Source of the DNA: a virus
IMG/VR virus record: IMGVR_UViG_3300025933_000001
Location: 23,722 to 87,721 of that record
Strand: one strand, 5' to 3'
Length of the DNA stretch: 64,000 nucleotides
Shown: positions 8,790 to 16,079 of the stretch, one piece after another
How positions within the stretch are numbered: the stretch's first letter is position 1
Layout of the letters: each line of letters begins with the position of its first letter
The notes under the pieces: generated by a model
The model's database searches: none
What the model was told of the DNA's origin: nothing
The model's input: the letters and a program-made list of their open reading frames with translations, nothing else
Position numbers and translations under genes: made by a program

Positions 8790-8985
8790 TGATTAGTGGC
8801 TTGACTTCGATTCCACGTTTTACTAAGTATTCCTTAGCCTTAATCCACTTTTCCCGAGCATGCATTACGCTTGATTCTTCCACATATTCAGTAATTGGGA
8901 AAGCTTTCTTTGCATCAAGTTGCAAAAGTGCTTCATTATGGATATTGTCAATCATAACTTTGATTTCGTTTTGTTTGGTTTGCAT
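8758..8985 (-). CDS. hypothetical early protein
   Basis: AGGA RBS. Confidence 0.6.
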   Translation of the reverse strand: MQTKQNEIKVMIDNIHNEALLQLDAKKAFPITEYVEESSVMHAREKWIKAKEYLVKRGIEVKPLINARPIQQKLI

Positions 8986-9024
8986 TTTGTCATCCTTCCT
9001 TGAAAAGTTGTTTAAGAGTGTTAC

Positions 9025-9210
9025 TTAATCTTTATATTCACCAAGTTTTAATTCCATTGCAATTTCTTCCATGAGGCAATGTCCATCACAATCTGCCTCA
9101 TCGTAGTGCACTGTTTCACTCAACAGGTTTAGCACATAAAAAGAATTGTTTTGTTTCTGTAGCAGATCGTAAGCCGCCTTTAAGAGTACGTCTTTCCTGT
9201 TCTCATCCAT
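9025..9210 (-). CDS. hypothetical early protein
   Basis: AAGGA RBS, downstream of a promoter. Confidence 0.65.
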   Translation of the reverse strand: MDENRKDVLLKAAYDLLQKQNNSFYVLNLLSETVHYDEADCDGHCLMEEIAMELKLGEYKD

Positions 9211-9242
9211 CTGAGATTCCTTTCTGCGTTTCGTTAATTACT

Positions 9243-9271
9243 ATCGTAAGCTTGTTACTTATCTGTGTCAA
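9243..9271 (-). promoter_or_regulatory. early sigma70 promoter
   Basis: TTGACA-17-TACGAT. Confidence 0.7.
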
Positions 9272-9274
9272 GAG

Positions 9275-9517
9275 TTAGTTGTTTTCGTATATGCCAATGT
9301 GCGCATAGTCTCCATTTGGCAATACGCCAGAAACAATCTCATCCCAATTCCAACCTAATACCTCTTGAAACTTTTTAGCAGCAACATAATGATTTCCAGC
9401 GCTACAAAGCGAATGATCATAAGACACAGTGATTGACTTCACGCCTTCGGCACTTGCCCTAATCTTGCTAGGCTTGGTATCTGTTGGGCTGATGTATTTG
9501 GTTACTATTGCTTTCAT
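9275..9517 (-). CDS. conserved early phage protein
   Basis: IVTKYISPTDTKPSKIRA N-terminal motif; AAGGA RBS. Confidence 0.7.
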   Translation of the reverse strand: MKAIVTKYISPTDTKPSKIRASAEGVKSITVSYDHSLCSAGNHYVAAKKFQEVLGWNWDEIVSGVLPNGDYAHIGIYENN

Positions 9518-9527
9518 GGTTATCCTT

Positions 9528-9713
9528 TCAAAGTTGTTCGTTCAAAGCTTTATAAGCTTCAATGGCTTCCTTCACATTTCCTGCAGCATCGCGCAAAGCT
9601 TTGTATTTAGGCTCTAAACTAGGTACACATCTTTGCAATTGCATTTGATGCATTTCGATAGTAGCTTGCCAAAGGTTTATATGATTTTCGTATATAGGTT
9701 TTTCTTTACTCAT
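9528..9713 (-). CDS. hypothetical early protein
   Basis: AAGGA RBS. Confidence 0.6.
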   Translation of the reverse strand: MSKEKPIYENHINLWQATIEMHQMQLQRCVPSLEPKYKALRDAAGNVKEAIEAYKALNEQL

Positions 9714-9881
9714 GGTTGTTTATCCTTTGTTTAGTTCGTTAGCTTTCTGTTGGCAAAACTTTTTACCACATCCAATGAAGTAATAAACTCTTACCTTTGA
9801 ATCTAAAACAGACCATTTGCCTTGATACTTGGTTACTAGGTAATTCATGATAAGTCCGTTTCTTTGTTCACCGTAAGAATC

Positions 9882-9910
9882 ATTTTAGAGAGATAATCTT
9901 ACTGTGTCAA
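9882..9910 (-). promoter_or_regulatory. early sigma70 promoter, conserved-spacer family
   Basis: TTGACA-CAGTAAGATTATCTCTC-TAAAAT. Confidence 0.85.
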
Positions 9911-10092
9911 GATTGTTTTGTTGCTTTGATGTGTTTTGTGACAGCAATTTTTGCAGCATGTACACTCTTACATTCTCTCTTCCAGTCGTATCCATAACCA
10001 GACGGAGAATGTAACACTATGATGGTTTCCTTTCTGTCAAGGATAGAACCTTGAATGCTGTAATCTTGTTTGTAGTTTATTGACCAAAACAT
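9907..10092 (-). CDS. hypothetical early protein
   Basis: GGAGG RBS before MFWS. Confidence 0.6.
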   Translation of the reverse strand: MFWSINYKQDYSIQGSILDRKETIIVLHSPSGYGYDWKRECKSVHAAKIAVTKHIKATKQS

Positions 10093-10269
10093 TCTACCCT
10101 CCATTCCTAATAGCAATCATTGCCTTAAGTGTACCTTTGATTTCTGCAATATCTTTCTGCTGCTCAAGAATAATCTTCTGCATGCCTTCTAGAACTTTAT
10201 CTTGTTGGATAATCTTTTCTTTCAGAATAGCCACACCGGACATTCTATCGAGCACGTCTGTTAACAAGT

Positions 10270-10473
10270 TCATCGTGCATCCCTCAATCTCTTAATCGCT
10301 GCAAAGAATTCTTCTGCTCTCTTTTGGCTCTGATCAAGAGTTTCATTGATTTCAGCAATATCTTTTTCGGCTTTGTTGATTGCTGCGAATATTAGTTGTG
10401 CCTCGTCCTCTGTTATCACCTCTTGAGAAACATCCTCAAACCTGTTTTGTGGGATATGTGTCAAGATAAACAT
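10270..10473 (-). CDS. hypothetical coiled-coil early protein
   Basis: AAGGAG RBS. Confidence 0.6.
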   Translation of the reverse strand: MFILTHIPQNRFEDVSQEVITEDEAQLIFAAINKAEKDIAEINETLDQSQKRAEEFFAAIKRLRDAR

Positions 10474-10530
10474 GGCAATGCTCCTTTCAGGAATATAATA
10501 TCACTACATTAAGGGAAAACTGCGGATGTG

Positions 10531-10773
10531 TCAACTTACTTGTTTGATATAGATAATGCAACCATCCTCACCCTTGAATGCCTCAGTTCTCATAGTGCCA
10601 AAGCTGATTTCGTACAAAATACCGATCCATGTAAAACCGACACGATGCTTTTTGAGATGTTGCTTTAATGCACGTTTGGCATGCCACATCCAACCGTTGA
10701 CAGTAATTGTTTCGTCTATGTGGCATTCTGTCGTATGGCTCACTACTCGAAATGTCTTAGTACACATTACCAA
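10531..10773 (-). CDS. hypothetical early protein
   Basis: GGGAG RBS. Confidence 0.55.
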   Translation of the reverse strand: MVMCTKTFRVVSHTTECHIDETITVNGWMWHAKRALKQHLKKHRVGFTWIGILYEISFGTMRTEAFKGEDGCIIYIKQVS

Positions 10774-10834
10774 TTCTCCCTATAGATAGTTACCAGTAAG
10801 TTTTTCTGTTTTTGTTATTATTGGTAACAGATTA

Positions 10835-11026
10835 TTACAATTCTTCGAGCAACACAAGTTCTATTTTTCTAAATTGCTCCGGCGTGATTCCGATATATTT
10901 TGTCTTACCTTGTTCAGAACCGATCTGTATCCATAAGCTGCCATTTTTGTTAGCAGGAATCAATGGAAGAGGGCAAGCAAATTCTAATTCCGCTTCTATA
11001 TAGCGTTTCCTTGCATCATTAATCAT
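10835..11026 (-). CDS. hypothetical early protein
   Basis: AAGGA RBS. Confidence 0.6.
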   Translation of the reverse strand: MINDARKRYIEAELEFACPLPLIPANKNGSLWIQIGSEQGKTKYIGITPEQFRKIELVLLEEL

Positions 11027-11199
11027 TTTGTTCCTTCCTTATCCTGTGTTTGTTGATTTCTGAGATTCCTCTGTTGACGTAATACATGGTAAACACTTTC
11101 CCTGCATACGCCAGCTTGTTTAGCGGCTTCTCTAACAGAGATTCCGATTGCCACAAGTTCAAGCGCATGTTTCATTTCTGCCGATTGTTTAGCTGCCAT
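11023..11199 (-). CDS. stand-alone helix-turn-helix protein (58 aa, not in the ORF track)
   Basis: MAAKQSAEMKHALELVAIGISVREAAKQAGVCRESVYHVLR is a classic HTH; AAGGA RBS; ATGA overlap with the next gene. Confidence 0.75.
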   Translation of the reverse strand: MAAKQSAEMKHALELVAIGISVREAAKQAGVCRESVYHVLRQQRNLRNQQTQDKEGTK

Positions 11200-11202
11200 T
11201 TC

Positions 11203-11436
11203 TTATTCCTTCACTTCAAAAATATATTCTTGACAATCGCAAGCCAACACGCCTAGATAGCTAGCATCATGTTGATGTTTAAATCCGTAGTCTTCACAAG
11301 ATAAGGGAAACGACAATCCCTCATTCTTAAGCCAATTATCAATTTCCTCTTCTTCTTCGTCTGTTAAATTTGAAGAATCCCCATTTATCAGGTATGGTGC
11401 CCAATGTGATGGAAGAATATAAGTTTCTGTTTTCAT
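11203..11436 (-). CDS. acidic early protein
   Basis: YILPSHWAPYLINGDSSNLTDEEEEEI; start at MKTE after GAGGG. Confidence 0.65.
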   Translation of the reverse strand: MKTETYILPSHWAPYLINGDSSNLTDEEEEEIDNWLKNEGLSFPLSCEDYGFKHQHDASYLGVLACDCQEYIFEVKE

Positions 11437-11438
11437 GA

Positions 11439-11732
11439 TTATTCCCTCACATAAATCAAATAAATCACACCGTTGCTTCTGTCGCCTTCGCGCCTGACGA
11501 ACTTTGCGCCAAACACGCCAGCTTTTTGCAAAGCAGTTCCTGCATAACAATCTCGTTTGTCGTTATATCCTATCTGCTTTCTCTGTCTTGTTACATATAG
11601 TTCTGCAGATGGATTAGTAATGGCTGTGTCTTTTTCCTTGTATGCAAAAACTGTGTGTCTTGCTATCGGGTTTCCGTTAACATCATGTCCGAAATTATCA
11701 AGCATGACTGCAAAACGTTGGTATTGTTCCAT
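11439..11732 (-). CDS. hypothetical early protein
   Basis: GAGGAGG RBS. Confidence 0.7.
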   Translation of the reverse strand: MEQYQRFAVMLDNFGHDVNGNPIARHTVFAYKEKDTAITNPSAELYVTRQRKQIGYNDKRDCYAGTALQKAGVFGAKFVRREGDRSNGVIYLIYVRE

Positions 11733-11787
11733 GGTTACGCCTCCTCTTAAGTAGTGTGATTATATTACAGCAAATCGCTTTACCTTG

Positions 11788-12045
11788 TCAATACTTATTC
11801 AAAGCTAAGATTCGATAGGCATCTACGCCAAACTTATAAGGCTTGTTGTCTATCATACAAGCTTTAATCACTGCGCAGCGTGCAATGTCAATGATAGTGG
11901 TGATTTCACCCATAACATTTAGCCTTCCACGTAATGCTTTGTCACTGTCAGGCAACATGCTAAAGACAGTTTGTGCCGTTTTATACATCATCATGTAGCG
12001 AGTTGCTTTTGTTCTTGCGGTTAACTTTTTCTCTATCGAATTCAT
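11788..12045 (-). CDS. hypothetical early protein
   Basis: GAGGAGG RBS, downstream of a promoter. Confidence 0.7.
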   Translation of the reverse strand: MNSIEKKLTARTKATRYMMMYKTAQTVFSMLPDSDKALRGRLNVMGEITTIIDIARCAVIKACMIDNKPYKFGVDAYRILALNKY

Positions 12046-12078
12046 TTTTGTTCCCTCCTCTGTTAGTTGATAAGTAGT

Positions 12079-12107
12079 ATTCTAGAGAGATAATCTTACT
12101 GTGTCAA
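12079..12107 (-). promoter_or_regulatory. early sigma70 promoter, conserved-spacer family
   Basis: TTGACA-CAGTAAGATTATCTCTC-TAGAAT. Confidence 0.85.
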
Positions 12108-12110
12108 CTT

Positions 12111-12138
12111 AAAAAAGCCCTTGTGGTTAGCAAGGGCA
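12111..12138 (-). terminator. intrinsic terminator
   Basis: GCCCTTG / CAAGGGC stem with an A6 tract on the plus strand. Confidence 0.75.
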
Positions 12139-12161
12139 ATCTCTTGGGGGTGCAAGAGAAA

Positions 12162-12626
12162 TCAAAGACCAGCTTCAAGTAGTGCTTTTGCGATAGCTAC
12201 AGACAGTTTTTGCAGCTTTTCATCATCAATCTGCTTTCCTTCCTGTTGCATATCGACAGCTTCATTAAGCACATCTGCGACTTGTTGTTCGGCTTCTACG
12301 CGGCGTTTTGCAGCTTCAGAGCGAGCATTAGCACGTCCTTTCTTTTGATCATTGTCAACGGCTAGAATGTTTGGTACTTTGCGGTATGTACGCGGCAAGC
12401 GTTGTCTAATGTATACTTCTTGGCCTGTAGCTTCAGCAAACCGTTTTGCAAGTACTTTGCTATCAGCTTCAGACAATTGAGTTGTGTTCTTGTAATAGTC
12501 GAAACCCACATACTTGGGTTTTTCATCGCCCTCCTGCCATGCTTTCATCCTACCATTGTTGAGAGTATCAGCGATGAAAACTACAGGTTTGTTTTCGTGG
12601 TCAAGGCGGCAAAGAATTTGAGTCAT
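12162..12626 (-). CDS. hypothetical protein
   Basis: 154-aa ORF with GGAG RBS, own promoter (~12701-12730) and terminator. Confidence 0.75.
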   Translation of the reverse strand: MTQILCRLDHENKPVVFIADTLNNGRMKAWQEGDEKPKYVGFDYYKNTTQLSEADSKVLAKRFAEATGQEVYIRQRLPRTYRKVPNILAVDNDQKKGRANARSEAAKRRVEAEQQVADVLNEAVDMQQEGKQIDDEKLQKLSVAIAKALLEAGL

Positions 12627-12744
12627 GTTAAAAGCTCCAGTAAGTTAGTAATAGATTGATTCGTTGCTTGCTTGTTAGAGTTGCGCTGAATCGATAACCG
12701 AATAGTACATAGCGTTTTCTATTTATGCAAGGGTTTTTAACTAA

Positions 12745-13185
12745 ATAATTAACCTTTCCATAATTAGTTATATGGAAAGAGTCACTAGCAGTTAAAAATT
12801 TCTCTTGATAAATGCTGAAAACGTTCTAAGATGCTATAAGCCGATAAAAGTTTGCTCGAAGGTTTCTCTTCGCCTTTCGCAAGCATTGACGGTCTATTAC
12901 ATATAGAGGAGTGATTGCATAACTATTCTTTGTTGATTCTTTAGACCTGTTTTATGGCGTGTGATTGCGCCTGTTGTTTGACGTGTGTCAGAGGGATTGT
13001 TTCGCCCTTTCGTTTCATCCTGCTTATTGCTTGGAGGGTTCGCTATGCCTGTTTAATTACTTGTTACTAATGCTTGATTACTGAAAATGGATAGTAGTTA
13101 GCTATCCATAACAATTTGCTATCTGTTTGCGCTGTTAGCGATGGGCTTTCTATTGCCTTTTCGTTAATAGTGCTAAACATTTCGC
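12745..13185 (-). ncRNA. candidate large structured non-coding RNA
   Basis: No ORF of 60 aa or more; many local and long-range complementary segments; extended -10 at 13188-13197; terminal hairpin 12754-12779. Confidence 0.5.
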
Positions 13186-13219
13186 GCCTATACCACATTT
13201 ACAGGTAGAGGAGGGCAGC

Positions 13220-13362
13220 TATTGTGTAAAAACAACATATTGTTGTATGGAACCAACGTTTTGTTTGTTTCACACGACAGTTTTGTCACGTCTATACAAC
13301 ATTGTTGTATAAAAACAACGGTGTTGCTATTTTACAACTTAAAATTTACAATTTTGACAACA
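13220..13362. repeat. tandem array of 18-bp palindromes TGTTG-N8-CAACA
   Basis: Copies start at 13220, 13241, 13262, 13284, 13303 and 13322, plus a half-site copy at 13345. Confidence 0.8.
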
Positions 13363-13593
13363 CTTTTGGCCTGTCCTCGATCAGAAACTGGAGTTGGGCT
13401 GCGGAGGAAAACACTCTAAGAAGGACTTAAATTTTTCCCCCGAACTTTTTGAGAATTTCAGGCCAAACGAATTTGAGATTCCAAAATGTCTGAAAGTTTT
13501 CCCTGCAGAGCCTTGATGTGTAAACATTGTACTACCATGTGTAAGGAAAATGCAACCAAAAGTGCTGTCAGGGTAAAAGATATTTACAGTTTT

Positions 13594-13914
13594 CTACCAC
13601 AAATCTTCAGTACACAGCGATCCTTTAGTCTGCAACCTTCCACTCTTCACTTGATTAGCAAGCAAGGCGATCATTGCAGCTTCTTCCCTTGTTACAAACT
13701 TGTATTCATTTGTAATGAAGCCATGCTTACCTTTGATAGGATGGGGGTAGTTGCTATCAGCTAATCTTGCCAAGATATGTTTATGTCTATTAGGAGGAGC
13801 AAGCCAATAGCACACTCCGTCATGGTCAGAAATAATAGCAGCAGCTACAATTTTAGGGACATGCGGCTCTGCTGAATTGTATACAGGGAGGAAGTCTACG
13901 TTCTTAACTATCAT
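13594..13914 (-). CDS. conserved phage protein
   Basis: IVAAAI...RH...GFITNEYKFVTREEA...LCTEDLW pattern, common in phages. Confidence 0.7.
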   Translation of the reverse strand: MIVKNVDFLPVYNSAEPHVPKIVAAAIISDHDGVCYWLAPPNRHKHILARLADSNYPHPIKGKHGFITNEYKFVTREEAAMIALLANQVKSGRLQTKGSLCTEDLW

Positions 13915-14109
13915 TTACTCTTTCAACTCTTCGATTAACGATTCCAGCATTTCTGCTGATTCATAATACTCTACCATATCCTTTTGAGGATTGCCAATGT
14001 AACAGCATGACTCATCAGTTTCTATTCTCTTTGCGTGATATCTGCAACCTCTCGCTGCTGTTTTAAGACATTCGATCAATTCTTCATTAACTTCTATGAT
14101 GACTTTCAT
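13915..14109 (-). CDS. hypothetical protein
   Basis: Translationally coupled ORF. Confidence 0.6.
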   Translation of the reverse strand: MKVIIEVNEELIECLKTAARGCRYHAKRIETDESCCYIGNPQKDMVEYYESAEMLESLIEELKE

Positions 14110-14540
14110 ACATCCTCCTCGGTGATTGTCCAGCGTTTGACTTGAAGGTCTTCATGAGATGTGTAGCACAATCGCGTTACCGCCTCTTCCTCAGTCAAGA
14201 AAACTTCTGCTGTATTCCTAAGACCATTATAGCCGTCAAGATATTGCCCTGTCGTGCTACATTTAAGTACAAACACCTCTTTAGTGGTTTTGATAGAAGC
14301 TGTCTCTCCTACAAGTTCGCAGGCTTCTGGTGGGACAAAGAAAGTGTCAAAACCTTCGTATATAGCATTGCCATGGTCACTAATTTTACCAACAACAAAC
14401 TCAAGACCAACTAACCCACGTACATACAGGGTGTGATCCAGAGAGTGTTTGCTTCTTACAATCCTCACCCTCTGCCCAATTTCAAACTTATCCATATCAT
14501 CTCTTCTATATCGTACAAATCCATCAATCAAATCTGGCAA
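14106..14540 (-). CDS. hypothetical protein with SH3-like KFEIGQRVRIV domain (start probably at MDKF)
   Basis: ORF track; motif recognition. Confidence 0.6.
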   Translation of the reverse strand: MPDLIDGFVRYRRDDMDKFEIGQRVRIVRSKHSLDHTLYVRGLVGLEFVVGKISDHGNAIYEGFDTFFVPPEACELVGETASIKTTKEVFVLKCSTTGQYLDGYNGLRNTAEVFLTEEEAVTRLCYTSHEDLQVKRWTITEEDV

Positions 14541-14609
14541 TCTTGGTTCAAATCCTCGAAATGCCTATCCAAATCCCGGAAACACTTGCGGAAATTCCGT
14601 AAACTTAAA

Positions 14610-14999
14610 TCATAAACCGAAAAACTCTTTTATGTCATAGGAACAACAGCTAATACTCTTACTACGAATGAAAAGAGCTTGTGTGTATCCTTTAATAACA
14701 TCCTCTTCGTCTATTTCAAAGACAGAAATAACAAACCCTTTAGCATGTAAATTCATTAGCCAATCGTTATTGTATATCCAGTTTCTAAGCTGACCTAAAG
14801 AAGAGAAGCCAAATATGTATTCTTTCTGTTCTAACAACGTCATCAAACTCCACTGGGTATTAATCAAGCTGTCCCTATACGGTGGAGGATGTTTACCCTC
14901 ATCGATAGGGACGGGGTAATCATCATCAGTGTACGCAGTAATCTTTTTACTCCAATACATACCTACACCTTCTTCATCCTCGATTCTGTAAACAAACAC
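14610..14999 (-). CDS. conserved phage protein
   Basis: AAGGAGAG RBS; VYRIE...HPPP...IFGFSS pattern. Confidence 0.7.
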   Translation of the reverse strand: MFVYRIEDEEGVGMYWSKKITAYTDDDYPVPIDEGKHPPPYRDSLINTQWSLMTLLEQKEYIFGFSSLGQLRNWIYNNDWLMNLHAKGFVISVFEIDEEDVIKGYTQALFIRSKSISCCSYDIKEFFGL

Positions 15000-15030
15000 A
15001 TCACTCTCCTTGTCAGCATTAGATGTAAGA

Positions 15031-15112
15031 ATCTTACTTACCTACTTTATCAGTGTCAATACGTGTTTTATTTTAAATGCGCTTGACAATAGATAAGAAC
15101 GTTACGTACAAT
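15031..15112. promoter_or_regulatory. divergent sigma70 promoters at the strand switch
   Basis: Minus: TTGACA-17-TAAGAT (15031-15059). Plus: TTGACA-18-TACAAT (15083-15112). Palindrome GTAAGAATCTTAC overlaps the minus -10. Confidence 0.75.
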
Positions 15113-15142
15113 GTGTTCATTGTCAAACAAAGGAGAGACGAG

Positions 15143-15346
15143 ATGACTACACTTTACGCAGAATTGGGAGAAACGGTTTATAGATTTCTGGAACGTTGTA
15201 TCCAATATTGCAACGAAGCTTCAGCTAGTTCTGTAAAAGCTGTACATAACGGTGTTACAATATACGTGTACAAAGATGGTAGTATTTCTGATCTGTGCGA
15301 TAAGTGGAGTTTGCAGAGACAAATGAAAAGGATTGATAGTTACTAG
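15143..15346 (+). CDS. hypothetical protein
   Basis: AAGGAGAG RBS before MTTL. Confidence 0.6.
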   Translation: MTTLYAELGETVYRFLERCIQYCNEASASSVKAVHNGVTIYVYKDGSISDLCDKWSLQRQMKRIDSY

Positions 15347-15356
15347 GGGAAGATAA

Positions 15357-15599
15357 ATGGAGTTCGACGATTGCAGCGTGTCACCAACTGGCAAACATAG
15401 TGAATCTTGGTTTGTTAACGATAACTGCCAGTATTGCAAAACAGGATTACGAACAGATGACAAATTCGTAACTTTGCCGATATTATTAACTCCAGAAATG
15501 GAGTCAGTTATCGAAAACAGGAATAGCGTTTATCAATCAGCACAAGAGCTTTTTGACGCACTTGTAGCCGCCGCCCGCGCCGCACAGGAGAAAGCATGA
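15357..15599 (+). CDS. hypothetical protein
   Basis: ORF with a CQYC motif. Confidence 0.6.
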   Translation: MEFDDCSVSPTGKHSESWFVNDNCQYCKTGLRTDDKFVTLPILLTPEMESVIENRNSVYQSAQELFDALVAAARAAQEKA

Positions 15600-15793
15600 A
15601 AAAGTACGTGGTAACAATCACCGTAGATGCGTCTGTTTGGGTTGAGGTCGAAGCCGACAGCGAAGAGCAAGCGAAGGAATTGGGAATGCAAAAGGCCGTG
15701 AATCCTTGTCTGTGCCATCAGTGCTCCAGCGAGGTATTTGTGGGCGACTTGATCGAAGCCGTCGAAGCATCGGAGATCAGCCATGACCACTAA
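15596..15793 (+). CDS. hypothetical protein (EVEADSEEQA family)
   Basis: AGGAG RBS; ATGA overlap. Confidence 0.65.
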   Translation: MKKYVVTITVDASVWVEVEADSEEQAKELGMQKAVNPCLCHQCSSEVFVGDLIEAVEASEISHDH

Positions 15794-16079
15794 CCAAGAC
15801 GCGCTTCGCATGGCGCTGGAAGAAATAAAAGACCTGTTACTGCTGGCGAAAATTCAAGGATCACGCAAGGACTGTAATGGGTTGATAGAGCGTGCCGAAC
15901 TGCTTGTCAATGCTGCTCTCTTAGTGCATCCGGCGAGTAAAGAGAATATAAGAGAGCAGATTGTATCTAAACTTGAGTATGCTATAGATTGTATTAAAGG
16001 CGATGAGTATCGTGCCCTTGATCCTATCCACGATGTTATTGACATAGTGAACAACCTGTTTGTAGAAAGTGACAAATGA
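15783..16079 (+). CDS. hypothetical protein
   Basis: Overlap-coupled ORF. Confidence 0.6.
   Translation: MTTNQDALRMALEEIKDLLLLAKIQGSRKDCNGLIERAELLVNAALLVHPASKENIREQIVSKLEYAIDCIKGDEYRALDPIHDVIDIVNNLFVESDK

Noticed and set aside
12745-13185. RNase P RNA identity (GAAAGCCC...CGGCUUAU resembles the P4 strands)
   Set aside because: The conserved GAGGAAAGUCC and ACAGAA elements are absent and the order of other motifs does not fit; kept only as an unnamed ncRNA candidate
13220-13362. Palindrome array as a CRISPR array
   Set aside because: Units are degenerate 18-mers separated by only 1-5 bp, with no spacer-length unique sequence and no cas genes
13222-13764. Plus-strand ORFs 13222..13419 and 13486..13764
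   Set aside because: They overlap the palindrome array or a real minus-strand gene, lack an RBS and have implausible composition
14610-14999. ADP-ribosyltransferase fold (YR...FSS...Q spacing)
   Set aside because: Motif too short to support without a profile or structure search
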